Shown here in pieces: positions 1 to 14,014 of a stretch of DNA of 64,000 bases. The notes below the pieces were generated by a model. That model did not search any database. It had not been told where the DNA came from and saw nothing but the letters and a program-made list of their open reading frames with translations. The DNA comes from Octopus sinensis (taxonomy: Eukaryota). The translations under genes were made by a program, and so were the position numbers. Position 1 is the first letter of the stretch, and each line of letters opens with the position of its first letter. The DNA is taken from assembly GCF_006345805.1 (NCBI RefSeq), contig NC_043002.1, positions 75,826,001 to 75,890,000 on the forward strand, read 5' to 3'.

Positions 1-310
1 CAATAAAATGAAGAAAGATTGTGAACTGGCAAGTGAAAATAGAAGCAACATTAGGAAATTTCTCAGATGACTCCCCCTGCTACATTTTCAATTAACACTT
101 TTAAAATTAGCGCCGTGACCCAGTTTGGAGTTGGTTTGCAAACTGCATGTGCCTTTTTCTGGCAACTGAAGGTCAGCATGTTAATCAGACAAAATTAGCA
201 TCTTCATAATGAGTTTCATTAAGAAGTGATAAAGTCAAGACTATCCACTTCTGGCCTGTTGTAATTATAATTTACTGTACAGTTTGGGATATAGGAATTG
301 TCTGTTACAC

Positions 311-311
<1 letters not shown>

Positions 312-358
<47 letters not shown>
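312..358. repeat. (TG)n microsatellite
   Basis: Perfect dinucleotide run. Confidence 0.95.
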
Positions 359-361
<3 letters not shown>

Positions 362-980
362 CTTTTGGTAGCTTAGGTTTCTTCATTATTTTTCTGTTTG
401 TTTTTAATGATTGAATCAGGGAAAATGGACAGCTGTTGATAACCAAGGCAACTGGATGCTACAGAATCAGTCAAGTGGGTATCAGTTTGTACTTGCACCC
501 CAGGCTGTATGTGTTGTGTTGACCATGACTTGGTGTTGGGTCCATAACTAACACAATTACCTATGAAGAGCAAGAATGTTTTAAACAAAAGACTGCCTGA
601 TTATGCAAAGGATACAGTTAGCGGCTGTAGAAAACATTCTACATTCCTAACCATTGAGGGAAGATCTTTGTGGTCACTTGACCACCTGCTAGAAATGACA
701 GCTAAAATCCACTCAAATCACATCTTACTGTTTTATAAAAAGAAGGAGACATTAGATTATATAGTCCTAAATACACTATGTCTAAAACAAAGACATAATA
801 TTCATAGTTGGAACATCTTTGATCATAAATCTTCTCAATAAGGATTGAATCAAGACTTAACCACAACACGAATACTAGCTTAATAATACACTCACTCTTT
901 CCCAGTTTTGACAAATATTTAAAAGAAAAGAAAAGAAATCTACACTCAAAAATAGCTGCAATATCTGTAACCTCCCTTAA

Positions 981-1202
981 CCCTTTTGATACCAACCCGG
1001 CTAAAACCGCCTCTGGCTCTTTAGTACAAATATCTTGTTTCCATATGTTCTGAATGAAAATCTTCCACCAAACCTTAGTCACAAATTATGTTCCTAACAC
1101 AAACTTAATGATAACTAAGTTATTTTATTAAATTCTTTGTTATATTTAAAATTAAGTGAAAGAAACACAAAGCATCTCAAAATAGATACGGTAACAAAAG
1201 GG
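981..1202. mobile_element. piggyBac-like MITE
   Basis: TTAA on both sides (977-980, 1203-1206); TIRs cccttttgatacc / ggtaacaaaaggg match at 12 of 13 positions; related decayed copy near 32400-32568. Confidence 0.75.
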
Positions 1203-1806
1203 TTAATTCTGATTTAGGATGTTCATCAGCAGAGGGAAGAGCAGAACAGCATATGTCATGCTCTAACCAAGTCACCCTCAACCCAATTTTTTGTGGCGTG
1301 CATTGAAACATTGACCTTTAAGGGAACTAATGAATTAATTCTACTGATTTTTTAAACAGCCTTCTAGGCAGTGTCCCTTGCTATGAGTGCCCTCCCCATC
1401 TCCTGTTACATTCCATTTTGATTTATAGCATTGATTGGTTTAACAAATTTAACCTCTCTTACCCACCATCTCATCAATAATGGCCCTCCTTTTTTTTTTA
1501 AAGCCTTTTCTCAATACCTACCTACCTCCATTTCTATTACCCCTGACACTTCTTGCCTTAAGTCTTCTCTCATTATTAGCAGTGGCCCCTACAAACCAAC
1601 AAAAGAACCTCTATGTTGTCACTTGACCTGCTAGAAATAACAACCAAATTTTTCCCTCATATGACATCTTACTGTTATATAAGGACAACACATTGGTTAA
1701 AGTGTCTTTATCTAATAATTGTTATGTAGTGTGTATTCGTTTTGTTCATCTTGTAATATGTGGTATGTTTGTGTGCATGCGCATGCACATGTATGTGTGT
1801 GTGTGA

Positions 1807-2027
1807 AGGTGGCAAGCTGGCAGAATCATTAGCATGCTGGGCAAAATGCTTAGCAGCATTTCGACTGTCACTACGTTCTGAGTTCAAATTCCACCGAGGT
1901 CGACTTTGCCTTTCACCCTTTTGAGGATCAATAAAATGAATACCAGTTGAACACTGGGGTTGATGTAATCAGCTTAAATCCCCCCCCCCCCAAAACGGCT
2001 GTCCTTGTGCTAAAATTTGAAATCAAT
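1807..2027 (+). mobile_element. tRNA-derived SINE family B (Meta/MESC-like core)
   Basis: Head gctggcagaatcattagc, B-box-like gagttcaaattcc and core gaggtcgactttgcctttca; many copies in this window. Core-domain name is from recall. Confidence 0.8.
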
Positions 2028-2680
2028 ATCAGTGTCTATGTGTGAGTGTTTATAAGGGTTTTGTTAAGCATTGATTTATCAAGTTGTGTCTGTGTACAGA
2101 TGCATTTGAAGGTTAAAGGTAAAGTGTGTGTGTGTGTGTGTGTGTGCTGAAATATTATACATGTATGCATATATGTATACAACTTCAAACATCAGAGTAC
2201 TTGTAGAGGGATCTCTGTATTGCATTATATGTATATATACTTGCTCAAAACCATTATACACACACATATATATATATATCCACATGTTCAAATACATATT
2301 TATACATGATACATGTATCCATGCTTCACCCACACAAATGCATCAGTATGCTTGATTACATACATTCTCTCTCTCTCACACACACACACATCCATCAATG
2401 AATATAACGTGTGTACACACATTTATACATGCACAACATTTCCCTATACACCCAACATGTATGTTATGCATAGTGGGGAGGATTATTTATATATTTATTT
2501 ATTTGATTTATTTCTTTATGATTTGATTAAATATGCATCTCAGTGAAGGAGGAATGAACTGGCATCGGTCAACCATTTTATTGATGGGTTTAGTGGTAGG
2601 GGTTGCAGAGACATTGTTTTGATACGATCGTTATGGTGGTGGTGGTGAGAGTTGTGGTGGCAGCTGAGAGATAGATAGAT

Positions 2681-2716
<36 letters not shown>

Positions 2717-3147
2717 AAATGTGCAGTGTGGTACACAAACAAGAACAGTTTACACTGGATGTTTGTCAACTCTCTGCTATGTTATACCCTTCTTCCTCCT
2801 CCTCCTCCTCTTTCCTGTTCCCATCACTTTTCCTTTTTCTGCTTTCTCCTTTTCTTCACTTTCCTTCAATACCACCACCCACCGCCATCCCCACCTCCAC
2901 CACCGTTATTACAAGCTTCATCATCACTTTCCTTTATTAACTTTCACTACTGGGCACGAGCAAGCATGGCTGTGTGGTTAAGAAGTTAAGAAGCTTGCGT
3001 TGTAGCCACATGGTTTTGGGTTCAGTCCTACTGTGTGGCTCCTTGGCCAAGAGTCTTTTAAAACCCCAAGTTGATCAATGCTATGTGAGTTAATTTGATA
3101 GACATGAACTGTGTAGAAACATACAAACATACATATATATATATATA

Positions 3148-3355
3148 GTTAATCCAAACATGAAAACACAAAGAGAAAACACAACAACGCGAGGACGTGG
3201 AACAAATATAGTATTATTGGACGCTTAGGAAGGAAGGGAAGAAGGAGGGTTTAACGTTTCGAATGGAGCTCTTCGTTGGAAACATAGGAGAAGGAAAGAT
3301 CCAGAGAAGGGAAGACGGAGGGAAAAAATCGCCAACGGTACACACGTGGTCACAT
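3148..3355 (-). mobile_element. (TA)n-embedded short repeat, possibly a Penelope-like terminal remnant
   Basis: Complex, CpG-retaining segment abutting a TA run, with a hammerhead-like core on the minus strand at 3249-3283. Confidence 0.4.
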
Positions 3356-4009
3356 ACATATAAATTTGACATGAGCGATTCTTTTTTGTCTTGGGATTCG
3401 TGGTCAAATGGCTGGGTGGAATTGCGTGAAAAATTACACAGATGTGTAGAATGATCAGATGGTGATGTTGGGCTTTGTATTTTTTTCATAGCTCCCATGG
3501 TTACCATGATAATCTACTATTATAATACTCTTGTGTTTATTGAATGAGAAAGGAAGAGGTGATAGATGAATAAGGAAGGAAGAAGTGATGTCGTACCAAG
3601 CAAGGAAGTGAGCATCTATATAGTCATCCCATTTGCTAGAAATAGCTGTCAAATTCCCCTCAAATGACATCCTATTGTCTTGGAAAATGGCATGCTTTGT
3701 AATGTGGTGTTGTATTCCCTGCACATATGAACTAGATGGGAAGGTATTGGAATGTCTATGGTCATAGATTAGGGCTCACTTGGGGCTAAACAACATTAAC
3801 TACTGTTTCATTACACCACCACTTTACCATCACCACTAGCACTATATTGTCAACCTAACTATGGTCTCCAGAATCATGCCATGACCACCACTACATCACT
3901 AGCATCTCCCCATCATATATCACCAACACAAACACATCCTCCCTGCCATGTTCTCACCACTCCTACATTATAATCACCTCTGCCACCAACACCACAAATG
4001 ATATTCTTT

Positions 4010-4312
4010 TATCCTTTCAGTCATTTCAGCCATGCTGGAGCACTGCTTTGAAGGGTTTTAGTTGAACAAATCAACCCCTTGACCTTATTTTCTTTTAAAC
4101 TCAGTACTTATTCTATCGGTCAGTTGTCAAGTGGTGATGGGACACATACAGGCACAAAGGCACACACATAGATATATACATGTATATGATGGGCTTCTTT
4201 CAGTTTCCATCTACCAAATACATTCACATGGCTTTGGTTGGCCCAAGGCTATATATTAAAATATACTTGCCCAAGCTGCCACGCAGTGGAACTGAACCCA
4301 GAACCATGTGAT
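4010..4312 (-). mobile_element. SINE family A, decayed
   Basis: Reverse complement of the 4693-5090 element with CpG-type decay. Confidence 0.8.
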
Positions 4313-4395
4313 TTGTGATGTTCTGTCACCAGTCTTAGACTAGAAGCAAAGTGGCTTAGTGGATAAGATTTTGGATTTCTTGCTTATACTTTATT

Positions 4396-4525
4396 CTTCT
4401 CTTCTCTAGGCACAAGGCTTGAAATTTTGGGGGAGGGGAAAGTCAATTAGATCGACCCCAGTGCGCAACTGGTGCTTAATTTATCAACCCCGAAAAGATG
4501 AAAGGCAAAGTCGACCTCGGTGGAA
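4396..4525 (-). mobile_element. 5'-truncated SINE family B with perfect 17-bp TSD
   Basis: cttgcttatactttatt at 4379-4395 and 4526-4542. Confidence 0.85.
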
Positions 4526-4692
4526 CTTGCTTATACTTTATTACTGCTCCAAATCCATTCCAGATGTTTTGTTGTGTTTCTGGATCCTATTCGTTATTTT
4601 ACATTGCTTAAGCTCTTCCTACCTGTTAGGAAGAGAGAGAGGTACTGGATTGTCTGGCATGAAGTACCAAATTATCTGGAAGATGTATCATA

Positions 4693-4854
4693 GGCGCAGG
4701 AGTGGCTGTGTGGTAAGTAGCTTGCTAACCAACCACATGGTTCTGGGTTCAGTCCCACTGCGTGGCATCTTGGGCAAGTGTCTTCTGCTATAGCCCCGGG
4801 CCGACCAATGCCTTGTGAGTGGATTTGGTAGACGGAAACTGAAAGAAGCCTGTC

Positions 4855-4887
<33 letters not shown>

Positions 4888-5090
4888 TGTGTGTGTGTAT
4901 ATGTTTGTCTCCCTAGGGCTAGTATGTTTATGTCCCCGTCACTTAGCGGTTCGGCAAAAGAGATCGATAGAATAAGTACTGGGCTTACAAAGAATAAGTC
5001 CCGGGGTCGATTTGCTCGACTAAAGGCGGTGCTCCAGCATGGCCGTAGTCAAATGACTGAAACAAGTAAAAGAGTAAAAGAGAGAGTAAG
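4693..5090 (+). mobile_element. tRNA-derived SINE family A, near full length, young
   Basis: A-box-like tggctgtgtggt, B-box-like gggttcagtccc, internal (TA)n/(TG)n and a gtaaaaga-repeat tail; about 15-20 copies or fragments in the window. Confidence 0.88.
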
Positions 5091-6552
5091 AGTATACTAT
5101 CTGGCCATGTTGCCTGAAACCAACATCCCATCCAGATTTATCTCTCATCTGTTTTATACCCTAAAACCCTTGGAAACTTACAATCCTGTAATAGACCAAC
5201 ATTCAGGTTTATATCTTATCTGTATAACATCCTAATCAGATTCTAACATCCATTAAATAGTATTCGAAGAGTGGTTCTGATTAACATCTGGAAAACTATT
5301 TTGTTAGGTTACTAAATACAGCATGCCACAGGAGATGTAAAGATATACATCCACTTTTTTTTTTTTAGCTAGTTCTCTAGTACTTTGGCTAGTTTTGACT
5401 TCCTGCTGGTAAGATTTTAACTTAAGGCTTTTACTATTATCCACTATTTCCTCTTCGATGATAAGTATAAACTACTATATTGGTGATCTTCACATGCAGC
5501 CACTCATTTCATTTGCTTCTTCCACAGCTTCAGGAATTTAATTTGTTTGTATTGACTTGGAGTTAGTGACTGATATTCAAGAGATTAAATAATTATTTCC
5601 CAACCATCCAATTATAATTAAAAAAAAATGAATCGTTACAATGGCTTATAACTAACCATCATTAATTTACAATAACACTATATAATTGACCATCATTTAT
5701 TAAGGATCCTGGCTGTTTTATTTCCATTCAAAGTCTTAATGCTTTTGATACCATCCTACCCTGAGGGTGCCCTTGATTCTATGAAACAAAATCTCCAGTT
5801 TTAGAGAAATGTTTGTATTTAAGTTATAATAATAATGAGCTTGCTGTATGCAGTGCTTAAATGCACTACAGATAACTGGAAAAACTCAAAAGAGAGGACA
5901 GCAAGTAGACATGTAAAGCAAGTAAAGGTTGACAGCAATGAAAGTTAGAAGTACATGCACGGTACAGTGAATAAAGCACAAAAATAGAGAAAAGTGAATG
6001 TCAGATGAATCATAAAGAATAAGGGTGCAAGAGTAATGCTGGTGAATTTCAAGAACCAAGGAATTTTTGAAGGATGCAGTCATAGGCACAAGAACAGGGA
6101 GTGCAAATGCACCCCCTAAAATTTTGGAGCGGGGCACATTGAAAATGCTTTGAACATCCTTCTGAAAATCTTCATGGCCAAAATGAACAAGCGTAGAATT
6201 ATTTTTAGACTGACTTGAAACGTTACTTTGCCAATATTGGATTTATCTGATTTGAGTGATGTACAAATATAATAGTTACTATTATCATTATATCTGTATT
6301 TGTTTTGATATTAAACCTGAAAAGATCAACCTTGGTTGTAAAAAATATGGGATTTGGGTTTGTTCCCTCTAAGTAGATTTTGTTCCTGCATTTATGGATG
6401 CAGTATCCGAATAAGTATTTTATTTCATACTTCAGCAACTCTAAGTGTGAAAAAATGTTTCTGACAAGTTATGGGTGCTGTGCTTGGTTTTTGATTTTAT
6501 AGACACGTCCATAAAAGGTAGAGGCATTAAATTCAAAAGATGGTAGATAATA

Positions 6553-6790
6553 TTTATTTCTTTATTGCCCACAGGGGGCTAAACATAGAGGGTACAAACA
6601 AGGACAGAAAAAGGGGTTAAGTCGATTACATTGACCCCAATGCATAACTGGTACTTATTTAATTGACCCCGAAAGAATGAAAGGCAAAGTCAACCTCGGT
6701 GGAATTTGAACTCAGAACGTAATGGCAGACGAAATACTGCTAAGCATTTTGCCCGGCATGCTAACAATTCTGCCAGCTTGCCACCTTCAG
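6553..6790 (-). mobile_element. SINE family B, full length, with 12-bp TSD
   Basis: tggtagataata at 6541-6552 and 6791-6802. Confidence 0.88.
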
Positions 6791-6939
6791 TGGTAGATAA
6801 TACTGAAAGTACTATCAAGTCAGCTGCTAGACATTGAAACTTTTAGTGTGTCAATGCCCAGGGGAGCGAAAACCTTGTCATCATAGATTTATCATAGACC
6901 CCTGTTATTTTCCAAACAATACCTGATTCTTTTATTCTT

Positions 6940-7272
6940 TCATTTGGGACACCACCTTGAAGAATTTTAGTTGAATGACAACCTCAGTACTTATGTTTTT
7001 CTAAAGTCTGATACTTATTCTATTGATCTCTTTTGCCGAACTACTAAGTTACAGGATGTTAACACACCAACACTGGTTGTCAAGTGTTGACTGAGGGCAC
7101 ACAAAGACACATGCATACACACACACACGTGCACACACACACACAATGGATTTCTTTCAGTTTCTGTCTACCAAATTAACTCACAAGGCTTTGGTCAGCC
7201 TGAGGCTGTAGCAGAAGACATTCGTCCAAGGTGCCATGCAGTGGGAATGAACCGGGAACCATGCAGTTGGAA
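6940..7272 (-). mobile_element. SINE family A, decayed
   Basis: Homologous to 4693-5090 in reverse orientation. Confidence 0.8.
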
Positions 7273-7891
7273 ACCAATGAGAAATTTTAGTCACATTACC
7301 CAGTTCCTTAAAATTCTTGATTATTTTCCAAACGAATTGAAACACTCACATTTGATTAGAAATATAGAAATTGGTCACAAAATGGTTAAACTGTATCTAA
7401 TAATAAACTTGATCAAATTCCAAAAAAAAAAAAATTAAAACATAAAGCACCAGTAATAATATCTGGTATATGATTTGTTGTAATTATTCATTACAGACTT
7501 GGGTTCAGTGATTTAATTCAACTGTTTGTTATTGTTAAACTTGATGAAGTGGTCTCTTGGTGGCTTAACTGCAACTACTCAAATATTTGAATTAAGTTTT
7601 ATCACTGTAAGCGTCACCTTCACTGTCCACTCAAATCAGCCACAACAGCGTCAGCAGCATCCTGCCAGCGCCAACACCGTCTCCCATTATGTCGGAAATC
7701 TTAGTTAATGTCTATTCTTTTACACACGATTTCACCACCTGTATTTGTAGGCTAAAATGTTTCTTTACACACACACGCGCGCGCACACGTGTGTGAGTAT
7801 GTGTTCACAGGTACATGTATTCAGGTGTTTGCGTGTGTGTACATATGCAGTCATGTGATTATGTCTTATGTATATGTATTTGTGTATGTGT

Positions 7892-8666
<775 letters not shown>

Positions 8667-9159
8667 CCACATTGTCTATCTACTGTAGATAATTTGTCTG
8701 ATGCAACATTTTCTATAATGAAAGCTCTAAGCAACAGACATGGAAAAAAAGAAAATTAAAGAAAAAAAAAAAGAAACAGAAAATGTATTTAAACAAAAAC
8801 ACACACACACAAACACATAGAACAAAACAAAAAGAACAGAAAAACAACAACCAAACAATAGAACAACAACAACAACAACAACTACCAATATGGTTATTGT
8901 ATTCTTCTTGATATTTGTAATGAAAGTACTTGGATAATATCTAACAGTTCAGGTAATTTAGTTCACTTCAGATCTATGGTTTTATTGCTGCTGTTATTCA
9001 TGTGGCAGAGGTTTTGATTTAGTATTCGCTCGTGTGATGATGGTTTTGTACCATTGGGGGTGTTGGTAGTTCAGTGGTTGTTTGTGATGATTGGTGGTTC
9101 CTCATATAGTGTAGTTTTCGATTTGTGCTGTATTCTTGTTGCATTGGCAATTCAGTGTT

Positions 9160-9910
9160 TTTGTGGTGGTTGTGTTGATTGTGTTGGTGGTTGTGATGGT
9201 TTTTGATGGTGGTTATAATGGTTTTGCTGGTGGTTGTGATGATGGTTGTATTGGTGGTTGTGATGGTTTTGCTGGTGGTTTTAATGATGGTTGTATTGGT
9301 GGTTGTGATGGTTTTGCTGGTGGTTTTGATGATGGTTGTATTGGTGGTTGTGAACATTGTGTTGGTGGTTGTGATGATGGTTGTATTGGTGGTTGTGAAC
9401 ATTGTGATGATGGTTGTATTGGTGGTTATGATGGTGGCTGTGAACATTGTGTTGGTTGGTTGTGAACATTGTGATTATGGTTGTATTGGTGGCTGTGATG
9501 GTGTTTGGGAACATTGTGTTGGTGGTTGTGATGGTGATTGTATTGGTGGTTGTGATGGTGGTTGTGAACACTGTTGGTGGTTGTGATGATGATTGTATTG
9601 GTGGTTGTGAACACTGTGTTGGTGGTTGTGATGATGGTTGTATTGGTGATTATGATGATGGTTGTATTGGTGGTTGTGATGATGGTTGTATTGGTGGTTG
9701 TGATGGTGGTTGTATTAGTGGTTGTGAACATTGTGTTGGTGGTTGTGATGATGGTTGTATTGGTGGTTGTGATGATGGTTGTATCGGTGGTTATGATGAT
9801 GGTTGTATTGGTGGTTGTAATGGTGGTTGTATTAGTGGTTGTGAACACTGTGTTGGTGGTTGTGATGATGGTTGTATTGGTGGTTGTAATGGCTGTGTTG
9901 GTGGTTGTGT
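9160..9910. repeat. GGT/TGT/GAT-based minisatellite
   Basis: Recurrent 24-nt unit ggttgtgatgatggttgtattggt interspersed with 21-nt ggttgtgaacattgtgttggt. Confidence 0.9.
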
Positions 9911-10472
9911 ACAGCTTACACTTGATATCAATAACAACATTGATGATTTTAATGCAACATTTGTATATGTAGCAAGTGAGCACATTTGTATGAATGTATG
10001 CACACGTGTGTGTGTGTGTGTAGTGTTGAACAATGATATTGCTATTGTGGTTTGTTTTTGCTTTAGTTTAACATATTGTTAAGTTTTTGTTGTTGTTCTA
10101 ATATACATCCAGACTTCTCAGATCTAATGTCAATCAATGATGGTGATGATTGAAAAGTTAGCCTCATGGTTATGTTTGTCATCATCATTGTAACCATCAT
10201 TGCCATTGTTGTTGTCATTGGCATTGTTTTGCTTTCCAGCCTGTCACAGCTAGAACTACTCTGCCCAGAAGTCATTGAGACTGATGTACTGTTCTGTAGT
10301 AGACCGATGTACTGTTGCACATGTAACCCTGTGTTGTCATCTGTTGGCACACTACAGAACTAGTCTGGTAACCTTTTGATACCACCTCGTTTCTTTCATA
10401 GAAGATTGGAAATGAACAACCTTGCTTGTATCTTTTATCTTTTACTTGTTTCAGTCAGTAGACTGTGGCCAT

Positions 10473-10868
10473 GCATAGGAGTGGCTGTGTGGTAAGTAGC
10501 TTGCTTATGAACCACATGGTTCTGGGTTTTAGTGCCACTGCATGGCACCTTGGCCAAGTGTCTTCTACTATAAACTCAGGCCGACCAAAGCCTTGTGAGT
10601 GGATTTGGTAGACAGAAACTGAAAGAAGCCCGTCATATATATCTGTATATATATATGTGTGTGTTGTGTGTGTGTCCCCAATATTGCTTGACAACCGATG
10701 CTGGTGTGTTTACTTCCTTGTAACTTAGCGGTTCGGCAAAAGAGACCGAAAGAATATGTACTAGGCTTACAAAGAATAAGTCCTGGGGGTCGATTTGTTC
10801 AACTAAAGGTGGTGCTCCAGCATGGCCACAGTCAAATGACTGAAACAAGTAAAAGAGAGTAAAGAGAA
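10473..10868 (+). mobile_element. SINE family A
   Basis: Full-length homologue of 4693-5090. Confidence 0.88.
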
Positions 10869-11019
10869 TTCCTTGCATGTAAATTTTAACAGCAGAATCT
10901 TATACAGGCCCCAGTCGGGAACCACTGCACTGTGCAATAATTTATCTCTCTTCAACATAACTACAATGCATCATACCATGCCATGCCAAACCACATTGCA
11001 CTACTCTATATGACTGAGC

Positions 11020-11053
<34 letters not shown>

Positions 11054-12006
11054 AGGTGTGTGTGCATGTATAAAAGTATGCGTGTAATACATACTCTGTG
11101 TGTGTGTGTGTGTGTGGTCAGTGCAGATGAAGTTAACAGTGTTGAAGTTGTTAATTCTCATTGACAATGTTATGGCGATGTAAAGTTATTGGAGTGGCCT
11201 GCTGGCCATCATCAGCTCAGTTGACACACTCTCTTTCAAGATTGCATGCATTAAGCAGGCCACTCAACCTCGCTGCAGCTCTCCACACCGACCACCTTCA
11301 CCTGTCTCATCCAATTGCTCTCATTCCGCTCTGCATCCATCCTCAAACTAGCTCGGTTGCACCGTCTCCCCCGCATCCACCCTTCCTGCTTTCTCTTATC
11401 TGCTTCCTCCACCTCCTCCTCGACATACCTACCCCCCCCCGCCCCCCCCTTCATCCATCTCGTCGTTCCACCACTTTTGCTTCTACATATTCTACTGTAC
11501 GCCCCCACCCCCCACATCACTTTGTGATCTTAAAACCTCCCCCCCTCCTCTCATCTTTTCCTGATTCCAACCACCACCACTACCACTCCCATACTATCAT
11601 GATCTTTTACCCCCACCTTTCTTTGTACCTCCTCCCCTACGTTTTGCTTCCTAATACTCATCCCCCCACCACCTACTCTTTTCTCTCTCTTCTTCGTTTG
11701 TCTGTTTACATTAGATGACCACAAGGATCTGTCTGTCTGACTCTCCTTCTTTGTGTGTGTGTGTGTGGAGGGTATGTGTGTGTGTGTGGGGGGGGTGTAG
11801 CACATATACAGACATATAAATATATACATTTAAACATACATAGGCACACATACATCATCATCATTTACCATCCATTTTCCATGCTGGCATGGGTTGGATG
11901 ACTTGATAGGAACTGGCAAGGCCAAGGGCCGCACCAGGTTCCATACTCTGTTGTGGGTGGTGTATATGTATAATAATGCATAATATATATAATATATATA
12001 TATATC

Positions 12007-12049
<43 letters not shown>

Positions 12050-12593
12050 GCATTATATACATATATATATGTGTGTGGGTGGTGTGTATATGTGTGTGTG
12101 TCGTTGTATGTATAATATGCACATATGTATAACATACATGTATATATACACACAAATGCATTAATATCAGTATCTTTTTGCATGTGTGTGTGTATGTGTG
12201 TTATATCTCATAACAATAAAGGTTTTTGATGTGTTTCTTTACATTAGCTGACTACATGCACCTCTGTCTCCCCCCTTATGCTCCTGTCTGTCTGGCTGCC
12301 TCTCTACCAGTACCCACCGTCCTCTTATAAACACCTCACCCCTCACAACTTCACATGTCATACATACATAGCCACATATGTTAAATTTACCTCACTCTCT
12401 CTCTCCTAATGTCTCTCTCTTTCCATTTCTCTGTTACAAATCTCTCCATCTTTCATAAACTATCTACCTTCATATTAGTGCCTATTTATATGTCCCTCCA
12501 TCCGTCCGTCTGTCCGTTCACCTACCTACCAATCTATTATTTTATTTATCAATCTGTCTGTCTGTCTCTTGCTCTCCTTCTCTCTCTTTCTCA

Positions 12594-12595
<2 letters not shown>

Positions 12596-12635
<40 letters not shown>

Positions 12636-12850
12636 ATCTATCTAATCTATCTATCATCTATCTATCTAATCTATCTATCTATCTATCTGTCTGTCTATCT
12701 GTCTGTTTGTCCATCCGTCCGTCCGTCCGTCCGTCCGTCCGTCCGTCCGTCTGTCTGTCTATCTATCTATCTAATTTATCTATTTATCTATCTATCTCTC
12801 TATCTATCCTTATCTATCTATCTGTCTCTCTTTCTCTCTCTCTCTCTCTC
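12596..12850. repeat. (CTAT)n/(CCGT)n/(CT)n compound microsatellite
   Basis: Directly visible. Confidence 0.92.
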
Positions 12851-14014
12851 CCTACCCACACGGCTGTCTACCCATAGGTACGAGAGATAATTCGTGTATG
12901 TGTATTACTCTCCTTTTCTACATTGCTTCCCCTTTCCATCTTCCCTTCTCTCTTCACAGTGTCCTTAATAATGGTTGAGATGGTTAATTAAATTACTGGA
13001 TATAATGATTCTAGTGCTGTTGTTGTTGGTGATGGGGACAATAACACTGTTACTGCTGTTGTTTAGTCCTAAATTAGTCTTGATTGACTCGACTTATGAT
13101 TGAAGGCATTACATACCCAATATGTCCTTCCTTTTGTCATCTAAGACAATAAGTAGGGAGTGATTTGTAGGAGATTCGGTTGCTATTTCTAGCATGTCAA
13201 GTGACCACAAATAGGATTTTCTTTGCTTGTGTAATTATTGTTGGAACTGTTGGCATATTTGTTGTTGTTGTTGTGGTGGTGGCGGTGGTGGGTAGTACTG
13301 CGGTAGTATTATATTAGCTCCAAGGCAACCCCATATTGAGCACCCCGTTATTAAGGTATTCCATTGGAGGCCACCCAGTCCTTTAGTATACCCAGGATGA
13401 CATTCTACAAAGCACCAGATCTTTTTGAAGCAATCAGCGAGTGATTTGAGGAAGATCTGACTGCTGCTTCTAGCAGATCAAGCCACCATTGACCACACTG
13501 AGAACACCTCCTCGGCTCATAATGATAGTGATGGTAGTTGTGATGGTGGTGGTCGTTGTATTGTTGATGGTGGTAATGGTATTTATCTTACATTCAAATC
13601 TATTCACTTCTGTGTCCCATCCTCAGCCACTCCCCCTCATCCTCCTCCATCCTCCCTCCTTTAAACCCTCATAATACAACCATTATGGCTCCTCTTCAGT
13701 ATAGAGAAACACGTGTTTTAATGACTGACACCATGTGTGTGTGTGTGTGTTTGCCCACTGGGTTATTTCCAATGGACTGACCACTGGCTATCATCTCCTC
13801 TGGCTGCCGTATTTGTATTCTGTGTACAGGCTACATAAGTCGTTGTCTCTTGGCAAACACTTGCATGATGTTACTGTTTACAATGTCCATTACACACAAG
13901 CGCAAACAGTCTTATGTACACATACACAGACACACACCTGTATATGTATACCTACCTACATGTCTATTTATCCATCTATCTGTAGACCGATGTGTTCATT
14001 TGTACATACATTAC

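Noticed and set aside
4693-4765. tRNA-like heads with A/B boxes (also 25724, 41998, 55698)
   Set aside because: They continue directly into SINE bodies and lack a full cloverleaf; not tRNA genes
9160-9910. CRISPR-like periodicity
   Set aside because: No unique spacers, no cas genes, eukaryotic context
9019-10082. 211-aa and 185-aa ORFs resembling metallothionein, keratin-associated or mucin proteins
   Set aside because: Produced by a triplet-based minisatellite open in most frames on both strands, with frameshifts and no splice or start context
10240-10367. Possible exon after ctttccag with Cys-rich translation
   Set aside because: The phase-2 frame hits TAG before the candidate donor; no similarity recognised
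11161-11718. 185-aa Pro/His/Leu-rich ORF
   Set aside because: C/T-rich low-complexity tract with a TTG start and no recognisable domain
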